NCBI GenBank assembly: GCA_043228905.1
Contig: JBHGNT010000018.1
Coordinates: 3,658,001 to 3,722,000 of the forward strand
Length of the DNA: 64,000 nt
Origin: Azolla caroliniana
Lineage: Eukaryota > Plantae > Polypodiophyta
Direction: 5' to 3'
In this document: positions 31,917-43,884 of the stretch, piece by piece
Layout: each line of letters begins with the position of its first letter
How positions within the stretch are numbered: the first letter of the stretch is position 1
Made by a program: the position numbers and the translations under genes
Notes under the pieces: model-generated
The model's database searches: none
Told to the model about the DNA's origin: nothing
Seen by the model: the letters and a program-made list of their open reading frames with translations, nothing else

Positions 31917-34636
31917 TGTGTCATAGAATCTTATAGTTCTAAGACACGTATTCAGTGTAGTTAAGACTCCACCTCTCTTTAGTTAAGTGGTGGTTGTAGA
32001 AAGAGAATTGTGGGAAGGTGACTATATAAGTGCCCTTCTCACCTCCCTTGTAATGTTGTTGGTTATTCTTGTATTTTCGCTCCTTGTTAATACAGTTTTT
32101 TACTTACCTTTTCTATATACGTCGAGCTCTCCACACACACACACATCACTTCTGTTGCACATAATCACTCTCGATTATTTACATGGTATCAAAGTGATTG
32201 GTAGGCTGATCCAAGCTTATCTTCATGTGGTGTGTCTAAGCCTACATTCACAAAGAACCGGTTGATCACTGTAGCAACAACCTACACAATTCGTATCATA
32301 GGGAAGAAGAAGAAGACTCAAGATGAATACTTAGATGGGAAGCGTTCTTCCTACCAAGAAACTTGACAGAAACAATATTGCATCTTGGGAATACAAGATG
32401 CACCAATACCTTGTCGGCCAAGGCTATTGGGGCTACATCGAAGGAGTACAAGAAACACAACCGAACCCGACACACGCAGACTACCTAGACTGGGAGTAGG
32501 ATGTGATCTGTGTGTTGTACTGCCTTGCATCATGCGTACATGATCGCATATTTGGTTACATTGGAGAGGCGAAATTGCCTAAGGAGGCGTGGGAGAACCT
32601 CAAGAAAAATTCCGCGGCCAATACGGCTCCTCGCAAGCTTCCACTCCGTCAGGAGTTGAACAATATTCAACAGAGGGACATGTCAATTGACAACTACACC
32701 TTGAAGATCAAGGAGTTGTGTGACGGCCTCGAGTCGATCAATGTCTGCATTGATGACGATGAAATGGTGCAGATATGCCTCGGAGGCTTGGCACCTCGGT
32801 TCGACGCAATAAGGTCGACCATTCTCACAAGAGAGAATCCTCCCTCCTTCTTCGATCTCCAGTCAATGTTACTGGTCGAAGAAAACCATGTCCGAACGAG
32901 GAGCAATGTGCAAGAGGGATACATGCTCTATTCGAACTCAGATGGAGGAAGAGGACAAGGCCATGGCAAAAGAGGCAGATTCAGGCAAGGTTGACACAAC
33001 CAAGGGCAGTCCCATGAGCTCATCTTCTACTATCGACAAGATATCACGAACACACGAGGAGCCTCGAGTAGAAGGGGGAGCAATCATGCCAGACCTAGCC
33101 AACAGAACAACTCCATCCAGTGCGGATATTATGGCAAATTCGACCACTACGAGGCAGAGTGCTGGGAAAAAGAAAAGTGAGACAACATTCACGGGCTGAC
33201 AACTCACAAATTGTGCCTCAAATTCTGATTACGTCGATCGTGGCGGAATGTTCCTGATGCGGCATAGAGCAAATTTGATGACGGAATCGTGTTCGACCAG
33301 CACCTCCAGTTCCGAATATGTATGGTTTTGTCTATTCGGGTGCATCAAATCACATGACGTCTCATGCAGATTGGTTTCGAGAACTCCGGAAACCCGATCG
33401 ACCCGACTATGTAGAAACTAGGGATGACACAATACACCTCATTCAACATGTCGGCAATGTCCCGTTCGGCAAAGACGGCAATCAAACCTACATAAAAAAT
33501 GTCTTGCATGTTCCAACAATAACGAAGATTCTGGTCTCGGTCGGCCAAATCGTGGAACAAAGGCATGCAAGTTCAATTCAACGATGGAGGATGCTTCATC
33601 GAAAAGGAATGCCAAATTATCACTCGCGGTCGAAGAGAAGGTCGAATGTTCATCCTCGATTCTCATGAGATGAAATCAGCAATGTATACCAAGGGCCATA
33701 AAGCCGACACCAACATAGAGTTGTGGCACAAACAAATCATCCGCATGAATCTCCAAAAGCTCAAAGGGATGTAGTCGAAAAGAGTCATCATCAAACTCCC
33801 GAGTTTTACCAAAAAGGAGATGGCAGGTGTATGCGAAGCCTATCAATTTGGCAAACAACATCGACAACCATTCCTGAAAGAGAGGAACGTGAGCAAAGGG
33901 ACCCTGGATGTAGTACATTCAAATGTATGGGGACCGGCCCAAACGACAACATTCGGTGGTTATCGATATTATGTCACGTTCATCGGCGACTTCTCAGGCA
34001 TACCTGGATCTACCCTATGTGGTAGAGGAGCGAAGAGTTTAGACATTTCCAAACATTTAATAACGAAGCCGAAAAATACACAAGTCGGCATGTTCGATGC
34101 CTTCGATTGGACGGGGAAGGAGTACTTCTTGGATGAATTTCCAACTTATCTCCGAAAGGAAGGAATTCAATGAGAATTCTTGTGCCGACACATAGCTCAA
34201 CAAAACAAGGTAGTCGAACGTAAGAATCAACATATAGTAGAGGTGGCAAGGGCAATGATGAACGAAAAGAACCTGCCGAAATCATACTAGGTTGAAGCGG
34301 CGAACACGATCGTCTCTCTAATGAACCGGTGCACAACATCCGGAGTGCACGATATCACCCCCCACGAAAAGTTATATGGAAATGTTGAGAGATCAAGCTC
34401 AACTTTGTTTAGTTAGTTAGTCAACCATGTAACTTCGTAGTTACCTAGATAGAATCTAGTTAGAAGTGTTGACAATAACGCCTTAAGTAGGACCTTGTAC
34501 TTAAGTGGGATATTCTAGATCCTCCACTCCCAAGTACATTTAATATAGGACTTACACCTTAGTACCTATATTCTACTCACACATGTGCACCTTTGCACAT
34601 GGGATGTATATATACCTCATTGTGGGTATTTTTGTA

Positions 34637-34672
<36 letters not shown>

Positions 34673-37454
34673 AAAGCTAATTTAATATAGTTACTCATCC
34701 CCCATCTTGTGTTGTTCATAAGTGTATCTCTCTCTCTCTCTCTCTTCCTCTCACACACATACACACACATGTCACATAATCTTCCGCTTATCAACTAATC
34801 ACATAATTAGGTACTAATTAACCCTTGCTTAATTAATTACCTAATTATTAACAGGAAAGAAGTCGAACGTATCCCATGTCAGGATATTCGGCTCGATCGC
34901 ATTCGTACATATTCCTAATGAAAAGCGACAGAAGCTTGATCCGAAATCGGAGAAGTGTATCATTGTGGGGTATTCACTCGAACAAAAGGGGTAGAAGTGC
35001 TTCACAAGGAAGTTGTATTCGACGAATCAACATCATGGTACTCGGTCAACTCGACCTCATCCGGTCATCCAATTGAAACCAATTTCGATATAGACTCAGA
35101 GGAGGACAACCGACTAAGGTTCGCATCAGAAGAGAGTCTAGTCTCAACTAGGTTGAGCGGACCACAAGAGCCCCCAAGTGACCAAAGCACGTCGCAACCG
35201 AGTTGAACGATGGACAAAGGGAAGGCCAAAATGCTTGAGTACGAAGACTCAGTAGGAATCGAATCGGAACACTCACCCGACATTGAGTTTAGTGGTTTAG
35301 ATTTGTTGGTCATACTAGGGGCCGAGAAAGTGCACACAAAGACTAATGAAACACTGCATCGCTCCACCCGAGAAAAGAACGTAGTCAGCCAATTCGGCTA
35401 AAATGAATACATGGCATATCATTATGCCTTTATGATGAAGGTGGCGACAATCCAAGAGATAGAAACGTTTTCTTAAGCCGCCAAGGACCCGCAATGGGTC
35501 AAAGCAATGGATGTGGAGACGCAAGCGCTCTCCAAAAATGAGACATGGGATCTCATTGTCTCTTTACCCCACCAAAAGATGATCGGTTTCTGGTGGATAT
35601 TTAAGGTGATGCACAATGCCGACGGCACCGTCAATAGATATAAGGCTCGGCTTGTGGCAAAAGGGTATGCACAGACACACGGGGTCAATTACGAAGAGAC
35701 CTTTGCCTCGGTGGCAAATATGACTACCATTCGAATCGTGGTCGCGCTTGCAGCAGCAAAAGGGTGGCACCTCCACCAAATGGATGTAAAGAACGCCTTC
35801 CTACAAGGTGAGTTAGATGAGGAGGTGCACATGGTGCAACCACCTGGATTTGAGTCAAGTATGCATCCAACTTATGCTGACTCAAAAAGGCCCTCTACGG
35901 TCTCAAGCAAGCACCGAGAGCATGCACTCGAAGATAACCTAGTATCTTCACCAAATCGGTTTTATAATGTCCAATTTCGATAATTCTATGTTCATCTAGA
36001 ACAATTCCAGTGGACAATTATTCATCATAATTTATGTAAACGACTTGGTCATTGGAGGAGAGCACCTCGGGGACATCAAACATACCAAAAGGCTACTCTC
36101 CTACTGATTTGAAATGACCGATATGATGAAGCTCTATTATTTTCTAGGAATTGAAGTAATTCAGACCCCATACGACATCCTGACCTCTCAAAGACACTAT
36201 ATCCTCAATCTTCTCTTCAAGTTTGGGATGACAGAGTGTAAGCCCGTAGCAACCCCCCTCGATCGTAATCAGAAGATTGATGCCGACTCTAGAACTACAG
36301 GATGCGAGACAACCCAGTACCGTCAATTGGTCGGCATCTTAATTTACCTCACCATCACTCGGCCTGATCTAAGTTATTCAGTCAGTCTCCTTAGCCAGTT
36401 CATATAGACACCACGAAACATCCACCTGGACTGTGTTAAGCGAGTATTATGCTATGTGAGTGAGACGATGGATTTCGGTATTCTCTACAAATCGAGGATT
36501 TCAATTCGACTCGAAGGATATACCAATGTTGATTGGGCCGATTACAAAACTTACAAATGATCCACATCCGGCTTTGTCTTCTCACTCGGTGGCAGAGCCA
36601 TTTCGTGGAGTAGTAAGAAGCAGTTGAGAGTCGCAATGTCGAGCACAAAGGCCGAATACAAGGGCGCAACTATCGCCGCATGTGAAGTCGTTTGACTCAA
36701 AAGAATCCTGAAGGATCTGGGTGTTCCCATCGAGGATCCGGTTCTCCTATATTGCGATAACATGAGCAACATCCACCCCGCCCGCAACCCAGTCTTCCAC
36801 GCTCGGACCAAGCACATTGAGGTGCACTACCATTTCATCTGAGAACGTGTCTTGGCTGGAGGTATCGATATGCGATACATTAGCACGAATTTGCAGACGA
36901 CCGACATATTCATGAAAGTCGTGAGCATTGACAAGTTGCGGCAATTCGCGATGAACCTCGATCTCTCGATTACTGACCAACCGTGCGTAAGGGGGAGTAC
37001 GTTAGAGTAGAACGATAAACCGGCTAGTCGAAGCCTATTCCACTGAATCGAAATCTTTCGAAGACCGAACTGAACCAACTTTTCGACATTCGGAAGTTGC
37101 ATTGGGGTGTGTTGAGAATCAAACTCAACTCCCCTAGTGTGGGAACACACCCTAGTGTGTGAACACCCCACCATCTACTAGAGTAACTAATTCTATGACA
37201 CATATTCAGTGTAACTAAGATGCCACCTCTCTTTAGTTAAGTGGTGGTTGTAGAAAGAGAATAGTGGGAAGGTGACTATATAAGTGCTCTCTCACCTCCC
37301 TTGTAATGTTCTTGGTTATTCTTGTACTTTGTTCCTTGTTAATACAGTTTTTTACTTGCCTTTTCTATATACGTCGAGCTCTCTCTCTATTTCTCTCCTT
37401 CTCCCACACACACATATCACTTCCGTTGCTCATAATCACTCTCGATTATTTACA
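31917..37454 (+). mobile_element. Old, decayed Ty1/copia element F (related to B/B')
   Basis: Partial 5' LTR 31917-32183, PBS TGGTATCAAAG 32184, 3' LTR 37110-37454. Fragmented gag-PR-INT-RT-RH ([47 protein letters not shown]). Confidence 0.92.
34383..34853 (+). mobile_element. Solo LTR of Copia family E inserted in the integrase of element F
   Basis: TG...CA ends, perfect TSD GGAAA (34378-34382/34854-34858); F's integrase resumes after it. Confidence 0.95.
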
Positions 37455-37810
37455 ATTTTAAAATTCTCCATTCTTCATATGATCAATAGTTCATTGTCTC
37501 ATGGCAATAAGCACTCTATAGAGAATTGTAATTCTTTGCAAATTGGGTGATTCGTGTCTTGTCTATTGTTATTTTGGCATGGAAGGGATATGTTCTATTA
37601 TTGGTTTAATTGCTTGTTTTGTAACAACTAATCTATTGTATCATTGCTCCATTCAGTCTCTTTGACGACTATCATCTAATAGTTGAACAACAACGGAATG
37701 TTTGTGACTCTAATTATGGATGGTGGTAGATATTGAAACATAATTAGCATTCTATAGTGCCAATTCTAAAAAGGTATTCATTTTGAGAATATTAATTGGG
37801 GATTTACCGT

Positions 37811-38696
37811 TGTCGTAGTGTAATTCGCACACTACGTGAAAATTTATTTTTTGGTCTTTCCGGATAGGACATGGAGTACCCGGTGAGAACCGGGAGGAAC
37901 CGGTAATGACCGAAACCGGATCAAGTAGAACTAGCAAGAGCCGGATGAAGAAGGTCGGTGAGAGTCGGTGAGAAACGGACGAAGAGGACCCGGTAAGGAG
38001 ACCCGGTGAGAACCGGATGAAGAAGGCCGGTGAGAGTCTCTCACCGGATGAAGAGACATATTTGTAAATAGAAGAAAGTATAAAAAATATATATTACATG
38101 CATAGGGCAAGATTCGAACCTTGCACGTCCATGTTAATAATGTTAAGCTTTATCACTATACTAACATATTATGAATTTTAAAGTTATGCTAAACTTTATC
38201 CCATGTAAATATTCTAGATATGTATGGTACAAAAAGTTACTCATACATACACACTCGAGTTAAAAGAAAAGATGGGATATAAAGCTAATCATGCACATAC
38301 ACTGTGCATAAAAACTATATTTAGATAAAGCATATAGTCTATAGTTAGAGAAAAAGGTTTGGATTGTGAAGACTCTCTCATCACTATATAAGGATGAGGA
38401 GCACAATGTAATAGGTGTGTGAAAAATATTTGGGAAATTGGATATATTTCCTAAAACACCAATTAATATAATATATTCGTGGGATTCACGAATTTGTGAT
38501 CAAAATTGTCTCTTATTATCTAAATATTGATTAAATACACTAAACTCGTGGGATTCACGAGATTCGTAACTTACCTATCTTTCTAATAATCTGTCCATAA
38601 CCATAAACTTGTCTCAAATTCTTCCTCCTCCTAGTCCAAAACCCCAGTGGTTCCCACCCGACTCACGCAAACGATCCGGAGCGGAAAGGCACGACA
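37811..38696 (+). mobile_element. Solo LTR of the TGTCGT Gypsy lineage (886 bp)
   Basis: TGTCGT...ACGACA ends, 4-bp TSD CCGT (37807-37810/38697-38700), U5 motif CTAGTCCAAAACCCCAGTGG at 38631. Confidence 0.85.
38100..38166 (-). other. Degenerate tRNA-like segment inside the Gypsy solo LTR
   Basis: Minus strand TAGTATAGTGA...GCAAGGTTCGAATCTTGC: perfect B box at tRNA-like spacing (~45 nt) from an A-box remnant. Confidence 0.55.
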
Positions 38697-40052
38697 CCGT
38701 TGTAATTAGTTGCAAAGAGATGTGGACTAGCAACATCCAATCACATCATTTGCAAAGTTCAAGTGGAAGATAATAAACATTGTTTCATACACTATCTAAT
38801 TGGTCGTCGAATTTGTCAACATATTCTTTGATTTGACAAGTTTTGTCACATTGTTATTTGATGTCAATATAGTGAGCATTTGCAGAATTCACAAGTGGAC
38901 TTGTTTACATCATAATCATGATATGCACAATGCTTTTGTATTCGATGGTACTAGGCATGGAGTTGAAATATTTACGAAAGTTAATAGGAGTAGTGATCTG
39001 GTAGTTTTGTTTATTGGAGGAGGTCAAAATTCTTTCCTCAATGTAATTTTTGTCTTGCTTATGAGGGATTTAGCATGTCCCACTACTTGTGTCTAAGTGG
39101 AGACACCACTCAATTGCAGTATCGTTATAGTTGTGTTCACTGCACACATTTATTGATATAATTGTGTGTTTTCTTTTTAACAAAAAAGAGAACTTGTAAT
39201 TGAGAATCTTGATGTCACATGGATGTCACCTTCATCTTGAATGTGAGAATGTTATACAAAATGCATCGACTCATAGTTGAAAGGTATGTTAGAGAGGTTG
39301 TCACTAATATTGGCATCACGTAACCCACCATCTTAGTTATACTCATCTCCAATTGGACCTCATCGTGATCCCCATGTTCTTTAAAGCATGTACTACCATG
39401 ATGACCATGTCAAGCCTTCAAAATGTAATTATTTCAGCGTCACTTGTGGCTCTAGAGTTCTCTAGGGTGTAGACATCTCACTAATTCAACCAAATATCGT
39501 CACTAGATTGTTCCCTTTTTCTTAGTGAACGAATGAGGCTCAAAGGCGAAGATTAGGAGGGAAGAACTCAGACCACCTACACCTTCATTTGCATCACCAC
39601 TTGCATATATTACCTGGTTTGTATTTTGATTGCTTGGTATGTATTGGTTTCTCATTCATTTGCTTTTGATTGCTACTTTTCTAATGATTGTTAGGAATGC
39701 TTTGTGAGTCTTTCACAAATTGTTGGATGGATAAAATGTTCTTAAAATTGGATAAAAGATGGGTAAACTATAGATGAATAAAATGTTGTTGAAATATGTA
39801 TTAGGGTTTTGATTTTTGTGGATGTATGCAAACTATGCATGCATTGGATGATTTTGAAAAACTTGCATGTTGGTGAGTGAAAGGAGATTGTTGGGTTGGG
39901 CAAAATGAACCATCATATGTGGTATTAGAGTTTATATTCTTGTGGATGCATGCATTGGATGATTGTTGACATATGGTATCCATTTACTTTTGATTGCATG
40001 TTTTGTAATGATTTATGGGTATGCCTATATGTTTGTGAATGAAAGGAAAATA

Positions 40053-41110
40053 CAATAACCATTCGGTTAAGTTTGCATTTTGAACGCATGGGTGAAGTGC
40101 GCACTTAACCGACTGCGCATTTAGGGGTTTTCTGGAAAAAATTGGGGCTTTTTGAAAAATTTTAGGGTTTCTTGAAATTTTTTCCTTCTGTGTTCGTATC
40201 ATATGTTTCTTCATTAGAAAAGTGATCAATTAATGTGATATAATTGACCTGAAATGTTTATAGTTTTAGCATACTCTTGTTGGATATCACTTTTTCCCGA
40301 TTCCATATTACCTTGAGTTTTTGCCTTTTTGTTAGGCCTACCTAACGAACTTCCTTGGATATGATGAGATTTTTCCTTGCATTCTCTTCCTAGTGGCGGG
40401 AGGCTTAAGGAATCGTAGTACAGATGGAGATGGAGGAGACCGGAAAAGAGAGAGGAGGAGCAACGGAGAAAGCATAGGCTGGAACACAAAGAAAATAAAC
40501 GAGATGCACAGAAAGAGAGAGATAGGGAGGAGGGAGGGAGGGAGTGAAAGAAAGAAGGAGAAATTTAAGAAGGAACGAAGGCGGTGGCGGGAGTAGGTGG
40601 CGGCGGTAGTGGCGGGAGGAGAGATGGAGAGAAAGAAACAAAATTAAGAAAGTGAGGGAGGGAGAGAATGAAAGAAACATAATTAAGAATGAATGAATAT
40701 GGAAAAGGAAAAGGAAATTTGGGTTAAGTAGGAAAGTTTATTTTCTTTAACGAGAATCAAAATTACCGACTCGCCGAAACACACACATACAACACATAAC
40801 ACGCACACAAATGCTACGACTAGAGAGACTGATTCCGAAATTTCGTTCTTTTTTTCCTTGCATTTCTCTTTGTGCATTTCCAGGAGACCCCACCCACCAT
40901 CACGTAACAAATTCTTTTAAACATTTTTTTTTGTTAGAAACTCCTCTCTTTTATTGTTTTTTGAATGTTTGGAACATAGTTTTAATTTCGTTTGATGTAA
41001 TTTCATCGTGAACAATGTAATTTTTTTGATTTGGATTTTGACCTCTATAAAAAGCGCACTTAATAGAATGGTGCACTTAAGTGGGCACACACTTAACCGA
41101 ATGGTTATTG
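40053..41110. mobile_element. Non-autonomous TIR element (Tc1/mariner/pogo-type MITE), 1058 bp
   Basis: Perfect 20-bp TIRs CAATAACCATTCGGTTAAGT / ACTTAACCGAATGGTTATTG flanked by TA on both sides; repeated subterminal GCACTTAA motifs; no transposase. Confidence 0.85.
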
Positions 41111-41757
41111 TATTGGGTTGGGTACAATATGGATGGATAAAAAGTTGTTGAAATTTTGTATTAGAGTTTATATTCTTGTGGTGGAGGAGTTCATAATTTA
41201 CAGTACTTTGCCTTGCTTGCATGAATGGTTGCCAGGTCCAAAGAGTTCGGATTCTAATTGGGGTGAAAGAACACTTAGTGAAGGGAGGTATGGCACGATT
41301 CGTTCTTCAACAATGTATACGAGACTATAATAGTGATGCATGTGTGCTAACTTTGGTTTTGGTTGCAAGATTTTTGTAAGACGAGATATCAAAAGTAATG
41401 TATTTGACGAGTTGGAGGTTAGAAACAACATGGACACAACAAAGACAGAGACTAATGAGGTTGCCCACCATATATCGAAACATAAACCATTAAATGTTGA
41501 TGCTCCTCCAAAAGGTAAGTTTGTGTACATTATTGTATTCTAAATACAAGTATGTATATATTGCTTTATTCTAATGCATATGTCATTTCAAACGCATTCA
41601 CACCATATGTGCTTTACCCAATCTCGTTCTTCAAGTGTGGCCGAGATTCGATGGGGATCAACTCTTAGACATGTATAGTTACACAATCATGCCGGCAAAA
41701 CCCACGATAATTTCATAAGAAAATGGAGATGGAGGCACACCTGCAGAAGATACAAGC

Positions 41758-42013
41758 CATTAATGTAGTGTTTCCAAGAGGGCTAAAGATAGGGGAAGAG
41801 GAGCATTTCACTCCAGGAAAAGACAGTAGTGCATCATTCTTCAACAACTACGAAAGGGAATTGTCAATAAAACGTTTTTTTAATGCATTAATGTAGTGTT
41901 TCCAAGAGGGCTAAAGATAGGGGAAGAGGAGCATTTCACTCCAAGAAAAGACAGGAGTGCATCATTCTTCAACAACCACGAAAGGGAATTGTCAATAAAA
42001 CGTTTTTTTAATG
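41758..42013. repeat. Tandem duplication, 128 bp x2
   Basis: CATTAATGTAGTGTTTCCAAGAGGG at 41758 and 41886, with few mismatches. Confidence 0.95.
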
Positions 42014-42659
42014 CTAAACTAAAATGCAATAGAGATCTTGTTAGTCACATTGGAGAAAGTCGAGGATGAGAGACCTTAACTTGTGGAATGCAATGCCTAG
42101 ACAACTTTGAACCTACACGGAGTTAGAATTTATTGCCAAATTCACACATGACGAGATGACAATATATGACATGACAAAAGACCAATGGAAGGAGACGCTC
42201 AAATTAAAGATTGCCAATGGATATGAATCTTACATAAGTATTGTGTTTCTCAAGATGTGTGATATTTGAAATGCATGGCTTTACTAATATGATGATTCCA
42301 ATCGTTGTAATTTCATTGTAAGGTTGATCAGCTTGGGAAATCCGAAGATGATGGGCACATCTCAACCAATCGTGGACAGAACCCATCACCTTAATCTACG
42401 TCAACTCGGTTGAGAAGGGCCAAAATCCAAGTCTGACAGAAAGAGGTGGGCCCGACCCTATGTGAGGAGATTCCATCTTATTCAGATGAGGAAGCACAAG
42501 ATGTTTGAGTTGTGCACATTGGATTTGGGAAGGACACAATATCACAAAACAAAGAAAAGTGGTTATAAGTTAGCAAGGTATGCCAAGGCGTTTTAGGTTT
42601 GTTCATTTTGTACACTAAATATGGCAAGTATGTAGTCACAAGCATTATATGTGTGCAAC

Positions 42660-43675
42660 AAACCGCGAAACCATGGCTTAACAGTAAAAAACCGTGAAAC
42701 CATGGTTTAAATGGTTCGGTTCGGCTTCAACATTTAGAAACCGCGGTTACGGTTTTTTATTTTAAAAAAAATTTAAAATTGTTTTAAAACAATCTTTTCA
42801 TTTTCAAACCTTATTCTCACATTTTAGGAACATCTTTAAAATTTTAAAAAATTATAATAATGAAATATTCTAAATTTAAAAATAAAAAATTAACCTAAGT
42901 TGAAAACCGAAACCGCGGTTCGGTTCGGTTTCAACAGTCAGAAACCGCGGTTTAACGGTTTTTTATTTTTTAAAATTTTTAAAATTGTTTTAAAACAATC
43001 ATTTCATTTTTAGACCTTATTCTCACATTTTAGGAACATCTTTAAAATTGTAAAAAATTATAATAATGAAATATTTTAAATTTAAAAATAAAAAATTGAC
43101 CTAAGTTGAAAACCGAAACCGAACCACGAAACCATGGTTTAAACGGTTCGGTTCGGTTTCAACATTTAGAAATTGCGGTTACAATTTTTATTTTTTAAAA
43201 AATTTAAAATTGTTTTAAAACAATCTTTTCATTTTCAAACCTCATTCTCACATTTTAGGAACATCTTAAAATTTTAAAAATTTATAATAATGAAATATTT
43301 TAAATTTAAAAATAAAAAATTGACCTAAGTTGAAAACCGAAACCGCGGTTCGGTTCGGTTTCAACAATCAGAAACCGCGGTTTAACGGGTTTTTATTTTT
43401 AAAAATTTTTAAAATTGTTTTAAAACAATCATTTCATTTTTAGACCTTATTCTCACATTTTAGGAACATCTTTAAAATTGTAAAAATTTATAATAATGAA
43501 ATATTTTAAATTTAAAAATAAAAAATTGACCTAAGTTGAAAACCGAAACCGAACCACGAAACCACGGTTTTAACGGTTTCGTGGTTCGGTTCGGTTCAAG
43601 TTTCCAAAAGTTTAAACGGATTGGTTCCAAACCGGTTCGGTTTTGACCCCCTCTCAAACCGAACCGAACCGTTGC
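42660..43675. repeat. AT-rich tandem array (units ~203 and ~228 bp alternating, ~430-bp higher-order period) with AACCG/CGGTT palindromes
   Basis: TTCAACA anchors at 42726, 42930, 43158 and 43360; repeated AAACCGCGGTT and CGGTTCGGTT. Confidence 0.92.
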
Positions 43676-43884
43676 CGATTGTTTGTTATATGTATTTATC
43701 ATGTATTTATGTATGTATGTATGTATGTATGTATCCATGCATGTATGTCTGTATCTAGGGTTTTATTCATGAGCCTGCAGAGTTTCTGCAGCATTAATCC
43801 ATCCATCAATCTTCATCGTCATCCTCCCCACCTCCAAATTACGGGAGCAGCAGAGACCCCTCCCAATCATACACAGAAAGACAA

